Notes: generated by a model from the letters alone, not told the origin. 64,000 nucleotides of DNA from Trueperaceae bacterium (GCA_034521815.1 JAXHLW010000013.1:928001-992000); one strand, 5' to 3'; counted from the stretch's first letter, positions 12,117 through 22,318 are shown. A program made the numbers and translations.

Positions 12117-13190
12117 TCAACGAAGGGCGCCGAGCACCCGTTCGGTCACGGCCGGGTCGACGTCCTCCAGCCATGCGCCCCACACGTCGGGGCTGTCGCG
12201 CATGAAGGCGAGCGCCGCCTCCTGCGTGCCGGCGTCGTTGGCCTCCATGAAGGCGAGCATCTCGTTGATGGTGGCGGTTTGGAGGTAGAAGGCGTCGAGG
12301 AACGACTCGATCGGCGCCGGGATCGTGTCCGCGAACTCCGAGCCGAGGCCGACGGCGGCGACGACCACCGGGTAGTCACAGGCGTCGGTGGCCAGCTCCG
12401 GCGTATCCGCCTCCGCCATGGCGTTCATGTGCGCGAAGCACTCTTCATCGTAGGGCGGCTCCTCGAGGCGCAGCATGTCCAGGCGCCCCATGATGCCGGT
12501 CGGCTCCCAGTAGTAGCCGAGCCACGGCTCGCCGCGCGTGTAGGCGGTCTGCATCGTGGTCTCGATCGCGATGCCGGTGCCGGGCCGGAAGTTGGTGTAG
12601 TGGTCCTCGAGCTCGTACACGACCATCTTCACGTTGTTGATGCCCTCGCAGTACCAGCCGATCACGCAGTTGTAGAAGCGCCCCTTGTCGGGCTGCTCGG
12701 GGTCGCGGAACAGCTCGGCGTACTGCGGCAGGTCGCTCACGGCACGCAGGTCGGGTGCCAGCGGCTCGATCCCGCGCTCGGCGTCGCCCTCGACCAGGTA
12801 GCGCGGCACGTAGAAGCCTTGCGCGGCGTCGTCGAACACGTGGCTCAGCTCGCGGACCTGGCCGTCGGCGAGCGCTTCGTGCCAGAACTCGGGGGCGTTG
12901 TCGACCCAGAGCTCCATGTCGACGTCGACGTCGCCGCGGATCATGCCCTGGAGGATCGGCAGGGTGGCGCCGGGAATGGCGTCGGTGGCGCAGCCGAAGC
13001 CCTCCTCGAGGACGAACCGTGCCAGGTCGGTGAGGATGTCCGCGCTGTCGTAGCCCAGCTCGCCGAACACGATGGTGCGGTCGAAGCCCGCGCACTCTGC
13101 GTCGCCTTGGGCGAACGCCGGGGCCCCGGCGAGCAGGGCGAGCGTCAGGGCCGCAGCGATCGTGCGGCGAAGGAGTCGGTGCGTGGTCAT
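12117..13190 (-). CDS. proX: glycine betaine ABC substrate-binding protein (ProX-like)
   Basis: signal peptide; GFYVPRY, NCVIGWYCE, YYWEPT. Confidence 0.88.
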   Translation of the reverse strand: MTTHRLLRRTIAAALTLALLAGAPAFAQGDAECAGFDRTIVFGELGYDSADILTDLARFVLEEGFGCATDAIPGATLPILQGMIRGDVDVDMELWVDNAPEFWHEALADGQVRELSHVFDDAAQGFYVPRYLVEGDAERGIEPLAPDLRAVSDLPQYAELFRDPEQPDKGRFYNCVIGWYCEGINNVKMVVYELEDHYTNFRPGTGIAIETTMQTAYTRGEPWLGYYWEPTGIMGRLDMLRLEEPPYDEECFAHMNAMAEADTPELATDACDYPVVVAAVGLGSEFADTIPAPIESFLDAFYLQTATINEMLAFMEANDAGTQEAALAFMRDSPDVWGAWLEDVDPAVTERVLGALR

Positions 13191-13450
13191 GGGAGTCTTC
13201 CTTCCGGAGGTGCGCGCGAGCGATGAACGTCACGGTTCGCGGCGCGATTCGGTGTGGGCGGCGGCGTTCGGGCGCCGCGGCGGGCACTTCGGACGATAAA
13301 CGAGTACACCAGGTTGCGAGGCCCGACGGTGGCTCCGGTCGCGGTCGGCTCGGGCGGCGAGTCGCCCGTGGTCGGAGTCCGCGCACGCCCGTGCGGCGAC
13401 GCACGCCCGTGCGGCACGGCGCGTCCGCCCCCGCGCGTACAATCGGCGGT

Positions 13451-13607
13451 ATGGCGAAGAAGAGCCTCCAAGAACGGCGCGAGCAGCGCCTGCGCGCGCG
13501 TCGCGGAGCGTTGCCCCAGCGCAGACGCGGGCGCCACCTCGCCGCTGGCCGACGTGCCCTCCAGCCGCGACGTCATGCTCTTCCCGCTGCTGCGGCCGCC
13601 AGGGTGA
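13451..13607 (+). pseudogene. possible lysyl-tRNA synthetase relic (N- and C-terminal ends fused)
   Basis: leaderless TACAAT-N7-ATG MAKKSLQERREQRL; another frame ends LADVPSSRDVMLFPLLRP, like the class II LysRS C-terminus SIRDVILFP. Confidence 0.4.
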
Positions 13608-14083
13608 GCGTGGAGCGCTCGGCGCTGAAGGAGCTGTTCGCGGCGATGGCGGCCGAGGGGGTCGACTACGTCCTGGTCGGTGGCGTCGCCGTCAACCTTC
13701 ACGGCATCGTGCGGGCGACCGAGGACGCCGATCTCTTCGTGCGCCCGGACGCCGAGAACGTCGCGCGCCTGCGCCACGCGCTGCAGCGCGTCACGGGGGA
13801 CCGGGACGTCGAGGGCATCCGCGAGGAGGACCTCGCCGGCGCCTATCCGGTCGTCCGCTACGTGTCCCCCGACGGCCGGCTGACGGTCGACATCCTGTCG
13901 CGCCTCGGCGAGCGGTTCGCGTACGGCGACCTCGAGGCCGAGGTGATGGAGCTCGATGGCGTCGAGGTCCGGGTGGCGACGCCGGCGACGCTGTGGCGCA
14001 TGAAGCGCGACACCGTCCGCGCGGTCGACGCCGAGGACGCGGCGCGCCTGCAGGCGGCCTTCGACCTGGCGGAGGAGCCCTGA
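13604..14083 (+). CDS. nucleotidyltransferase (Pol-beta fold, DUF6036/AbiEii-like)
   Basis: YVLVGGVAVNLHGIVRATEDADL; LWRMK...R..D..D tail. Confidence 0.8.
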   Translation: MSVERSALKELFAAMAAEGVDYVLVGGVAVNLHGIVRATEDADLFVRPDAENVARLRHALQRVTGDRDVEGIREEDLAGAYPVVRYVSPDGRLTVDILSRLGERFAYGDLEAEVMELDGVEVRVATPATLWRMKRDTVRAVDAEDAARLQAAFDLAEEP

Positions 14084-14331
14084 TGCCCGTTTACCGTTAC
14101 CGCGCGATCGAGGACGTCCCTCCCGCGCCGGCGCTCGACGCCCGCGACCCGGCCACCGCGCGCCGGGCGCTGGCTCACGCGGAGGCGATGACCGCAGGTC
14201 TGCCGCCGCTCTTCGCCGCCGGCGTCTACCGCTACGCCTCGATCGAGGCGGCCGCGGCCGACCGCGAGCGCGCGTCGCGCGCGCGGATGCGCCGCCTTCG
14301 GGCGGCTCGATCATCGGGCACGGCTCCGTAG
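14083..14331 (+). CDS. small protein translationally coupled to the nucleotidyltransferase
   Basis: TGATG overlap; internal repeat VYRYRAIED / VYRYASIEA. Confidence 0.65.
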   Translation: MPVYRYRAIEDVPPAPALDARDPATARRALAHAEAMTAGLPPLFAAGVYRYASIEAAAADRERASRARMRRLRAARSSGTAP

Positions 14332-14726
14332 CGACAGCACCACCATCGTCGCTGCGAGGGGGAGCATCAGCCAGTTCCCGATCGCGCCGGGCGCGGTTCC
14401 GCCACCTGGGAGACGGCTTCGCGAACTTTCAGGACGGCCCGCGGCGCTGACCATCAAGCACGAACTCAAGGTGCACCACCGGCTACGGGCTCGGTGACGA
14501 TGGTGACCGCCGCGATCACGGCGACGGGAGGGCGTTGGACGTCGGTCGAGGCGCGCGGCGATCAGCGACGGCTCGACATTCGACGAGCGTAGCGTGGCGG
14601 TGACGCGTGGGCGCTCGGGGCGGCGGCGTTCGGTTTCGGTTTGGCGCCGCGACGGTGGCGAGAAGAAGCGAGCGTCCGAGGTGACCTCTGACCCACGGTC
14701 GCGACCTCTGTTGGTATCCTGTTCGC

Positions 14727-15029
14727 ATGGAGTCCTACCGGTTCGAGCTGTACGTCGCGGGGGACGTCCCTAGCTCGCGTACGGCGGTTCGCGCATTGAC
14801 GGACCTGTGCGAGGAGCGCCTCCGTGGCCGCTACGAGCTGGACGTGATCGACGTTCTCGCCCACCCGGAACGGGCCGAGAGCGAGAGGATCCTGGCCACG
14901 CCGACGCTTCTGAAGCTCAGTCCGGCGCCGCGCGTCCGTATCGTCGGCGACCTCAGCCTGACGGCGAACGTCCTCGCGGGCCTCGGGCTCAACAGTGAAC
15001 AGGCGGGAGACGAGGAGCTCAGTCCATGA
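14727..15029 (+). CDS. kaiB: circadian clock protein KaiB family
   Basis: LYVAG..SS..A, YELDVIDVLAHPERAE..RILATPTLLK.SPAP..RIVGDLS. Confidence 0.93.
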   Translation: MESYRFELYVAGDVPSSRTAVRALTDLCEERLRGRYELDVIDVLAHPERAESERILATPTLLKLSPAPRVRIVGDLSLTANVLAGLGLNSEQAGDEELSP

Positions 15030-16543
15030 GAGACACGGAGCTGAATTACGCGGCGAAGGTGCCCAGCGGCATTCCTGGGCTGGACCTCGTCTCCAAGGGG
15101 GGGTTGCCCGCCGGACGCGCCGTGGTCGTCGCCGGCACGTCCGGAAGCGGCAAGACCGTCTTCGGTTCTCAGTTCCTGTCGGCCGGGATCGCCGACTACG
15201 GCGAGCCGGCCGTGTTCGTCACCTGCGAGGAGTCACCGGACGACATCCGGGCCAACATCTCCAGCTTCGGGTGGGACATCGCTCGCTGGGAGAAGGAGGG
15301 GACCTGGCGCTTCGTGGACGCCTCCCGAAACTTGGCGGACGTGCCGGTCCGCGCCGGCGGGTACGACCTGACGGCGCTGCTCGCACGGATCGAGGACGCG
15401 GTCACGAGCATCGGGGCGAAACGTGTCGTCGTCGATTCCCTCGACGCGCTGTTCAGTCGGTTCGAGGGTGACGCCGCGTTCCGGCACGAGCTTCACCGCG
15501 TCATCGGACTGCTCAACTCGTTGGGCGTGACGACCGTGCTCACCGCCGAGCGGGACGCCGACTATGGGCCCAACTCCCGGCGCGGCGTCGAGGAGTTCGT
15601 CGCCGACAGCCTGATCCTGCTCCGCAACGTCCTGAGCTCCGAGCGCCGCCGCCGCACGATCGAGGTCGTGAAGTTCCGTGGCGCGACGCACGGCAAGGGC
15701 GAGTTCGGTTTTTCCGTCACGCTGAAGGGGATCTCCGTCATCCCGAGTCTGGACATCGAGCACGATCGCAAGATGTCGGACGAGCGTCTGTCGATCGGGA
15801 ACGCGGACATCGACGCCATGTGCGATGGCGGGATCTTCCGCGATTCGGTCGTGCTGGTATCGGGGGCTGCCGGCACCGGCAAGACGCTCCTGACCGCAGC
15901 GTTCGTGGCCGCGGCCGCGAGGCAGGGAGAACGCTGCCTGGTGTTCGCCTTCGAAGAGCGGCGCGAGCAGTGGTTCCGCAACGCGCGAGGCTGGGGCTAC
16001 GACTTCGCCAAGCTGGAACAAGAGGGCGTGTTGAGGATCGTGAGCGACTATCCCGAAGTCGCGACCCTCGAGGATCACCTGCTGGCGATCACGACGAGCA
16101 TCGAGACGTTCAAGCCGCACCGCATCGCCGTGGACAGCCTGTCGGCCCTCGAACGCGTGGCCACGCCGGACGCGTTCCGCAAGTTCGCGGTGAGCCTGAG
16201 CAACTACCTGAAGCACCACGGGATCACCAGCCTGCTGACCACGACGACGCCCAGCTTCCTCGGCGGTTCCTCGAGCAACGAGTCGCACCTGTCGACCGTG
16301 ACCGACCTCATCATCCTTCTGCGGCACACCGAGATCGGCGGCGAGCTCCGGCGTGGCCTGACGGTGCTCAAGATGCGCGGTTCACGCCACGACCACGACG
16401 TTCGCGAGTTCACGGTGGACCGGACCGGGCTGAACATGGGAGCGCCGTACCAGACGTCCTTCGGGATCCTGAAGGAGATCGAGGTCCTGCAACCGAGCAT
16501 GCTCGACGACCCGAGCGCGCAAGCGGATTCGGACGAACCTTGA
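15026..16543 (+). CDS. kaiC: circadian clock protein KaiC (double RecA-like domain)
   Basis: Walker A GTSGSGKT and GAAGTGKT; EE pairs; GVEEFVAD; HLSTVTD phospho-site region; KMRGS.HD. Confidence 0.93.
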   Translation: MRDTELNYAAKVPSGIPGLDLVSKGGLPAGRAVVVAGTSGSGKTVFGSQFLSAGIADYGEPAVFVTCEESPDDIRANISSFGWDIARWEKEGTWRFVDASRNLADVPVRAGGYDLTALLARIEDAVTSIGAKRVVVDSLDALFSRFEGDAAFRHELHRVIGLLNSLGVTTVLTAERDADYGPNSRRGVEEFVADSLILLRNVLSSERRRRTIEVVKFRGATHGKGEFGFSVTLKGISVIPSLDIEHDRKMSDERLSIGNADIDAMCDGGIFRDSVVLVSGAAGTGKTLLTAAFVAAAARQGERCLVFAFEERREQWFRNARGWGYDFAKLEQEGVLRIVSDYPEVATLEDHLLAITTSIETFKPHRIAVDSLSALERVATPDAFRKFAVSLSNYLKHHGITSLLTTTTPSFLGGSSSNESHLSTVTDLIILLRHTEIGGELRRGLTVLKMRGSRHDHDVREFTVDRTGLNMGAPYQTSFGILKEIEVLQPSMLDDPSAQADSDEP

Positions 16544-17391
16544 CGACGAGCCGGCGGACGGACGCCCCCGACCCCGCTCAGCTGCGTGTCATCTACGAGC
16601 GGATGACGGACGGCATCCTCGTCGTCGACGACGACGGCGTCATCCTGGAAGCCAACCCGGCGGCGCTCAGGATGCTCCCGGGAGGGCACGCAGGGCTGAA
16701 GGGCGCGAGTTTCGGCTTTCCGATCGCCGACCGGAACGCGGTGGTGATCGAGCTCCTTTCCGCTGGAGGCGCGGTACGCACCGCCGAGATGCGCGTCTCG
16801 GACCTCGAGTGGTGCGGGCAGCCCGCCCGGCTTCTGATCTTGCGTGACATCACCGAACAGACGGACCTGCTGCAGCGTCTGCATCGCGCGGCCAACTACG
16901 ACCCGGTCACCGGCTTGCCCAACCGGATGCTCTTCCTCGAGCACATCAACCAGGCGATTCGCGAGGCGCACCGCCACGGTCACCGCGTGGGGTTGCTCTT
17001 CGTCGACTTCGACGGCTTCAAGCGTGTCAACGACACATACGGCCACGCCGTCGGCGACCGACTCCTCCGCCAGATCGGTGACAGGCTGACGCAGGTGCTT
17101 CGCGCGGGGGACAGCGTCGCGCGCTTCGCCGGCGACGAGTTCCTGGTCACGCTGACGCAGGTGAAGGATGTGGAGGAGGCGAGCATCGTCGCCCGCAAGG
17201 TGTTGACCGCGTTCGACGATCCGTTCGAGCTGGACGATCGCGTCGTCGTCACCACGTCGGCCAGCATCGGTGTCGCGTTCTTCCCCGACGACGCGGCGGA
17301 CGCCTCCGAGCTGCTCAGGCGTTCCGACGCCGCCATGTACCGCGCCAAGGCGGAGGGCGGGCATCGCTTCTTCGTCCACGGCGCCGGCTAG
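16540..17391 (+). CDS. PAS + GGDEF diguanylate cyclase
   Basis: TTG start overlaps kaiC stop; DGILVVD..G.I..AN; DPVTGLPNR, FKRVNDTYGH, RAGD I-site, AGDEF. Confidence 0.9.
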   Translation: MTTSRRTDAPDPAQLRVIYERMTDGILVVDDDGVILEANPAALRMLPGGHAGLKGASFGFPIADRNAVVIELLSAGGAVRTAEMRVSDLEWCGQPARLLILRDITEQTDLLQRLHRAANYDPVTGLPNRMLFLEHINQAIREAHRHGHRVGLLFVDFDGFKRVNDTYGHAVGDRLLRQIGDRLTQVLRAGDSVARFAGDEFLVTLTQVKDVEEASIVARKVLTAFDDPFELDDRVVVTTSASIGVAFFPDDAADASELLRRSDAAMYRAKAEGGHRFFVHGAG

Positions 17392-17561
17392 CGGCCGAGC
17401 GTAACGCGGCGCACGGAATCGCGACACCAGGCTGCCGAACCGGGCGCACGGCGCACGACCGGATTTCCGGATATCGTGATGCCGTCCGATCGGTGCTCGA
17501 TCCGGCCCTTCGCCTTCGCCCCCGGCGAGACTCGTCACGACACCTCGCCTCGAGGAGATCC

Positions 17562-18287
17562 ATGCCCGCTTCCGCCGCCCGCGGCTATCTCGTTCACCTG
17601 TACACGATGTCGACCCTGTTCTTCGTCGTGCTGGCCATGCAATGGATCCTCGAGGGACGCTACGTCCTCGCGCTCCTGGGCATGGCGATCACCCTGATCA
17701 TCGACGCCACCGACGGAGCGCTGGCGCGCAAGTACCGCACCGTCACGACCGCGCCTCGCATCGATGGGGCGTTGCTGGACAACGTCGTCGACTTCGTATC
17801 GTACGTGTTCCTGCCGGTGTTGTTCATGATGCACGCCGAGCTGCTCGCCGAGCCGGTGACCCTGTTCGTCACCATCGTCGTGTTCAGCTCGGCGTACGGC
17901 TTCTCGCGCACCAGCGCCAAGCTCAGCGACGAAGGCTTCTTCGTCGGTTTCCCGTCGTACTGGAACGTGTTCGCGTTCTACGCGTTCCTGCTGGGCTTGC
18001 CGGTCTGGCTGAACACGGTCCTGATCGTCGGCCTGTCGCTGCTGGTGTTCGCCGACATCAAGTTCCTGTACGTGAGTCACATGAAGCGCGCTAGAACGTT
18101 GCACGTCGTTCTGGGGAGCATCTGGGGAGCAGCGGTCCTGGTGGCGCTGTTCCTGGAGCCTGGGACTGCGCGCAGCGCGCTGGTGTACGCGTCCCTGTCG
18201 TACGTGGCGTTCTACACGATCCACTCGTTCATGCTGGACCGTAGGAAGCACCGCAGGCCGTCCCCACCGCTGGACCTCTCGGCGTGA
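17562..18287 (+). CDS. CDP-alcohol phosphatidyltransferase, phosphatidylcholine synthase (Pcs)-like
   Basis: VHLYT, DATDGALAR, DGALLDNVVDF.SY, FVGFPSYWN. Confidence 0.8.
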   Translation: MPASAARGYLVHLYTMSTLFFVVLAMQWILEGRYVLALLGMAITLIIDATDGALARKYRTVTTAPRIDGALLDNVVDFVSYVFLPVLFMMHAELLAEPVTLFVTIVVFSSAYGFSRTSAKLSDEGFFVGFPSYWNVFAFYAFLLGLPVWLNTVLIVGLSLLVFADIKFLYVSHMKRARTLHVVLGSIWGAAVLVALFLEPGTARSALVYASLSYVAFYTIHSFMLDRRKHRRPSPPLDLSA

Positions 18288-18970
18288 CACGGTCCGCGTG
18301 GACGTTCCGACGGACGTTCCGCGCGGTGGTGCTCACGGCGTGGGCCTTCGTCCTGGTGGCGTTCTGGTGGGGGGCGCAGCGGTCGGACGCCGGTCCGGTC
18401 CCGTTCCTCCTCGGATCGATCGAACAGGCGGCCACCAGCCCGTGGGCACCTCTGGCCCTGCTGGGGCTCTACCTGGCCAGGCCGCTGCTGTTGATCCCGA
18501 TCACGGTGGCCAACCTCGCGACGGGCTTCGTGCTGGGCGCCTGGCCCGGCATCGCGCTCGCGCTGGTGGGCACGCTCCTGTCGGCCGGCACGGGGTACGC
18601 GATCGGCCGGTTCATGGGCTCCGCGGCGTTGACGGTGCGCCTCTCGGAGCGCTGGTCGATCGTGCGGATGCTACGCCGGCGCGCCTTCGAGAGCGTCGTC
18701 GCCGGCGGTCTGATGTACCTGCACGCCGACATGGTGAACCTGCCCGCGGGGCTGCTTCGGGTCCGCGTACCCGTGTTTCTCTCCGGGATCGTGCTGGGCA
18801 ACGCCTTGACGATGACGACGGCCGTCCTGGCCGGCGCGTCGGTGGAGGGTGGGCTGGAGGCCGCCACGATCTCGGTCGACACGACGTACCTGACCCTCGC
18901 CGCAGGCCTGTTCGCCCTGAGCCTGGTGTTGGCGTACACGCTGCGGCGGCGGGTCCGACCCCTGGCGTGA
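18284..18970 (+). CDS. TVP38/TMEM64 (DedA/VTT) membrane protein
   Basis: LYLARPLLLIP...GFVLG...GYAIGRF; hydrophobic. Confidence 0.75.
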   Translation: MTRSAWTFRRTFRAVVLTAWAFVLVAFWWGAQRSDAGPVPFLLGSIEQAATSPWAPLALLGLYLARPLLLIPITVANLATGFVLGAWPGIALALVGTLLSAGTGYAIGRFMGSAALTVRLSERWSIVRMLRRRAFESVVAGGLMYLHADMVNLPAGLLRVRVPVFLSGIVLGNALTMTTAVLAGASVEGGLEAATISVDTTYLTLAAGLFALSLVLAYTLRRRVRPLA

Positions 18971-19055
18971 CGCGGTCGACGCCGGCCGCGTGCGCGGCCC
19001 TGGCGAAGCGAGGCCGGGAACCCAGGCGGCGTCTTCCGTGTGCGATGATGGCGTG

Positions 19056-19095
19056 TATACCCTAAGGGGATATGCGACCCTGACCCGGGGGTATC
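19056..19095. promoter_or_regulatory. CsoR/RcnR-family operator-like C/G-tract sites
   Basis: TATACCCTAAGGGGATAT and ACCCGGGGGTAT upstream of DUF302. Confidence 0.55.
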
Positions 19096-19131
19096 CTTCC
19101 GACGTGACACCCGAACCTGAAGGAGGTTCCC

Positions 19132-19530
19132 ATGCGCAGCCTCAAGCGAACCGTACCGACCGACCTACCCACGACCCGCGAGCGGTTCTCCGCCGCGCTG
19201 GCCGAACAAGGCTTCGGCGTGCTGTCCGACATCGACGTGCAGGCGATCTTCGAGACGAAGCTGGGTGCGAAGCACGAGCCGCACCGCATTCTGGGCGTGT
19301 GCAACCCGCAGTTCGCCAAGCAGGCGCTGGACATGGATCGCGACATCGCCCTGCTTCTTCCCTGCACGGCGACGCTCCGCGAGATCGACGGCGAGACCGA
19401 GGTGGCGATCCTCGATCCCGAACACGCCTTCACCCTGGCGGACGAGGCGACGAGGGAGCGCCTCGCGCCGCTCGCCAGCGAGGTGCGCGAGCGTTTGTCC
19501 GCGGCCCTGCAGGCCTTGGCCAGCTCGTAA
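19132..19530 (+). CDS. DUF302 domain protein
   Basis: GFGVLSDIDVQ, ILGVCNP.FA, IALLLPC. Confidence 0.9.
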   Translation: MRSLKRTVPTDLPTTRERFSAALAEQGFGVLSDIDVQAIFETKLGAKHEPHRILGVCNPQFAKQALDMDRDIALLLPCTATLREIDGETEVAILDPEHAFTLADEATRERLAPLASEVRERLSAALQALASS

Positions 19531-19644
19531 CGCGGACAGGTAGGACGCGCTACGGTCACCGGCACCGCGCCCGGTCGCTCGTCGGGAGGAGCGGCGTCGC
19601 CCATGGCGCCCTCCAGAGGGCGCTTTCGCGATAGGTTGCAGGAC

Positions 19645-21231
19645 GTGACGCACCTCTCCCCCGACGTCGCGCGCAGGCGAACCTTCGCGATCATCTCGCA
19701 CCCTGACGCCGGCAAGACCACGCTGACCGAGAAGCTGCTGCTGTACGCAGGCGCGGTGCGCGAGGCCGGCGCGGTGACCGGCAAGGAGGGCACGCGCCAC
19801 GCGACCAGCGACTGGATGACCTTGGAGCAGGAACGCGGCATCTCGGTGACGTCCGCCGCGATGCGCATCGACTACCAGGGGCACGTGCTGAACCTGCTGG
19901 ACACGCCGGGCCACCAGGACTTCAGCGAGGACACCTACCGGACGTTGACGGCCGCGGATTCGGCCGTCATGCTCCTCGACGCGGCGCGCGGCGTGCAGGA
20001 ACAGACCGAGAAGCTGTTCGCGGTCGCGAGGCGGCGCGGACTGCCGGTGTTCACGTTCGTGAACAAGCTCGATCGCCCCGCCCGCGATCCGATCGAGCTG
20101 CTCGACGAGATCGAGACGACGCTCGGGCTTCCCTCCTCGCCGGTGACCTGGCCGATCGGTGACGGTCCCGACTTCAAGGGCGTGTACGAGCGCCCGACGC
20201 GTCAGGTGCACCTGTTCGAGCGCACGGCGCGAAACGCTCGGCCCGCGCCGGTCGCCACCTCGGGCGTGGACGATCCCGCCCTGGCCGACCTCGTCGGCGA
20301 GCGCCTGCACGCCACGCTTCAGGAGCAGGTCGCCTTCGTCGAGGAGCTGCTGCCGCCGCTGGATCCGGCCCGTGTCCTTGCCGGCGAGATCACGCCGGTG
20401 TTCTTCGGCAGCGTGCTGACGAACTTCGGCGTCGAGCCGTTCCTGCGCCGCTTCCTGGAGCTGGCCCCAGCGCCCTCCGGCCTGAACGTCCGGGGCGGCC
20501 GCCTGGAACCGGACGACGAGGACTTCGCCGCGTTCGTGTTCAAGCTGCAAGCCAACATGGACGCCCGCCACCGCGACCGGACCGCCTACGTCCGGGTGGT
20601 GTCAGGCAGGTTCGAGCGCGGCATGCACGTCCATCACGCTCGTAGCGGCAAGCAGATCAAGCTGGCTCGGGCGCACGCCTTCTTCGGGCGCGAGCGCGTC
20701 ACCGTCGAGGAGGCGCTGCCGGGCGACGTTCTGGGACTCATCGTTCCCGGCGCGTTCCGGATCGGCGACGTTCTCTCGACCCGGCCCGGCGTGGAGCTCG
20801 AGGCCTTCCCCCGCTTCGCACCGGAGTCGTTCGCGACGGTCCGACCCCGTCATGCCGACAAGCGCAAGGGGTTCCGCAAGGGCCTCGAACAGCTGGCCGA
20901 CGAAGGCGTGGTGCAGGTGTTCCTGCCGGCCCAGGGCGCCCGGGATCCGATCCTGGGGGCGATCGGTCCGCTTCAGTTCGACGTGTTCCAGTACCGCATG
21001 CGCGAGGAGTACGGCGTCGAGACCGAGCTGACGCAAGAGTCGCACGGGCTGGTGCGGTGGCTGTCGGAAGAGCCGGTGCCCGCGCCGCGTTCCGCGAAGC
21101 TGGCGCGCGACGCCGATGGGGCGCCGGTGGCCCTGTTCCGCGGAGCGTACGACGAGCGCTGGTTCCGCGAGGAGCACCCCGCGATCGAGGTGTTCGAGCT
21201 GCCCGGCAGTCACGAGGTCGTTCGACTCTAA
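19645..21231 (+). CDS. prfC: peptide chain release factor 3
   Basis: [44 protein letters not shown]. Confidence 0.96.
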   Translation: MTHLSPDVARRRTFAIISHPDAGKTTLTEKLLLYAGAVREAGAVTGKEGTRHATSDWMTLEQERGISVTSAAMRIDYQGHVLNLLDTPGHQDFSEDTYRTLTAADSAVMLLDAARGVQEQTEKLFAVARRRGLPVFTFVNKLDRPARDPIELLDEIETTLGLPSSPVTWPIGDGPDFKGVYERPTRQVHLFERTARNARPAPVATSGVDDPALADLVGERLHATLQEQVAFVEELLPPLDPARVLAGEITPVFFGSVLTNFGVEPFLRRFLELAPAPSGLNVRGGRLEPDDEDFAAFVFKLQANMDARHRDRTAYVRVVSGRFERGMHVHHARSGKQIKLARAHAFFGRERVTVEEALPGDVLGLIVPGAFRIGDVLSTRPGVELEAFPRFAPESFATVRPRHADKRKGFRKGLEQLADEGVVQVFLPAQGARDPILGAIGPLQFDVFQYRMREEYGVETELTQESHGLVRWLSEEPVPAPRSAKLARDADGAPVALFRGAYDERWFREEHPAIEVFELPGSHEVVRL

Positions 21232-21270
21232 GCCAGCCGCTCATCCCGGCGTCCGGAGGTCGCCACGACC

Positions 21271-21735
21271 ATGCCTCAGCCGCGCCGCGCCACCGGGCCG
21301 CGCCTCGTGATCAGCGATCTCGACGGCACCTTGGCCGACATCGAGCACCGCTTGCACTGGATCCATCGCGACGATCCCGACTGGACGCGCTTCTTCCTCG
21401 CCTGCGTCGACGACACCCCGATCGAGAACACGATCACGGTGCTTCGCACGCTGCACGCGGCCGGGTACGAGGTGGTGATCGCCAGCGGCCGGGGGGACGT
21501 CGCGCGCCAGGAGACGGCCGATTGGCTGGCGCGGCACGACGTGCCGTACGATCGCCTGATCCTGCGCCGCATCGACGACGGTCGGCACGACGACGAGGTC
21601 AAGACCGAGATGGTGCGCGAGCACGGCCTCGATCCCCAGGACACCCTGGTGGTGCTCGAAGACCGCGCCAGCGTGGTGGCGGTATGGCGCCGCCTCGGCT
21701 TCCACGTGTTCCAGGTGGCGGACGGGAACTTCTAA
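21271..21735 (+). CDS. HAD phosphatase (T4 PseT 3'-phosphatase-like)
   Basis: DLDGTLA, SGR, K, EDR..VV..WRR.G..VFQVA.G.F. Confidence 0.8.
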   Translation: MPQPRRATGPRLVISDLDGTLADIEHRLHWIHRDDPDWTRFFLACVDDTPIENTITVLRTLHAAGYEVVIASGRGDVARQETADWLARHDVPYDRLILRRIDDGRHDDEVKTEMVREHGLDPQDTLVVLEDRASVVAVWRRLGFHVFQVADGNF

Positions 21736-21798
21736 GCCGGCGCTCGACCGTCGCGCATCGGCCCGGGCAACCGCCCGCGCATCCATCCGTGCATCCGC

Positions 21799-22318
21799 CT
21801 ACGCCGGCGCCGTCGCGCGGTCGGGTCCGACCGCGTCGTCCCAGCGCATGCGCGCCACGACCTCGTCGCCTTCGGTCTCCCCCGTCTCGACGAACCCCAG
21901 GGCGGCGTACGTTCGACGAGCGGCGACGTTCGCCGGCTGGTACGACAGGGCGAACGCACGATGTCCGTGCTCGCCGTGAAGCCGCTCGATCGCGCGCAGC
22001 GTCGCGAGGCGTCCGATGCCGCGCCGCTGGTGACGTCGATCGACCAGGATCCCGCCCAGCCAGCACGCGCCGTCCTCCGGATCCACGGCCCACATCAGGA
22101 AGCCGACGATGCGTCCGTCCGCGCGCACGGCCAGCGGCGACCAGTCGTCGCCGTAGCAGCACAGCGCCAGGTAGCGAGACGGCTCGGCCACGAACGCGCG
22201 TTGCGGCGCGTCCACCTCGAGATCGGCGACGTCGCGCCAGGTCGACCGGTCGACCGGCTCCACCGTCACGTCGGGCACGTAGGAAGATCGGTCGGGCGAC
22301 GAGCTCGAAGCGGGCATG
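21799..22318 (-). CDS. GNAT acetyltransferase (spermidine acetyltransferase-like)
   Basis: VDRRHQRRGIGR, NVAARRTYAALGF. Confidence 0.85.

Noticed and set aside
14332-14714. Possible transposase remnant upstream of kaiB
   Set aside because: No recognisable catalytic motif or terminal repeats.
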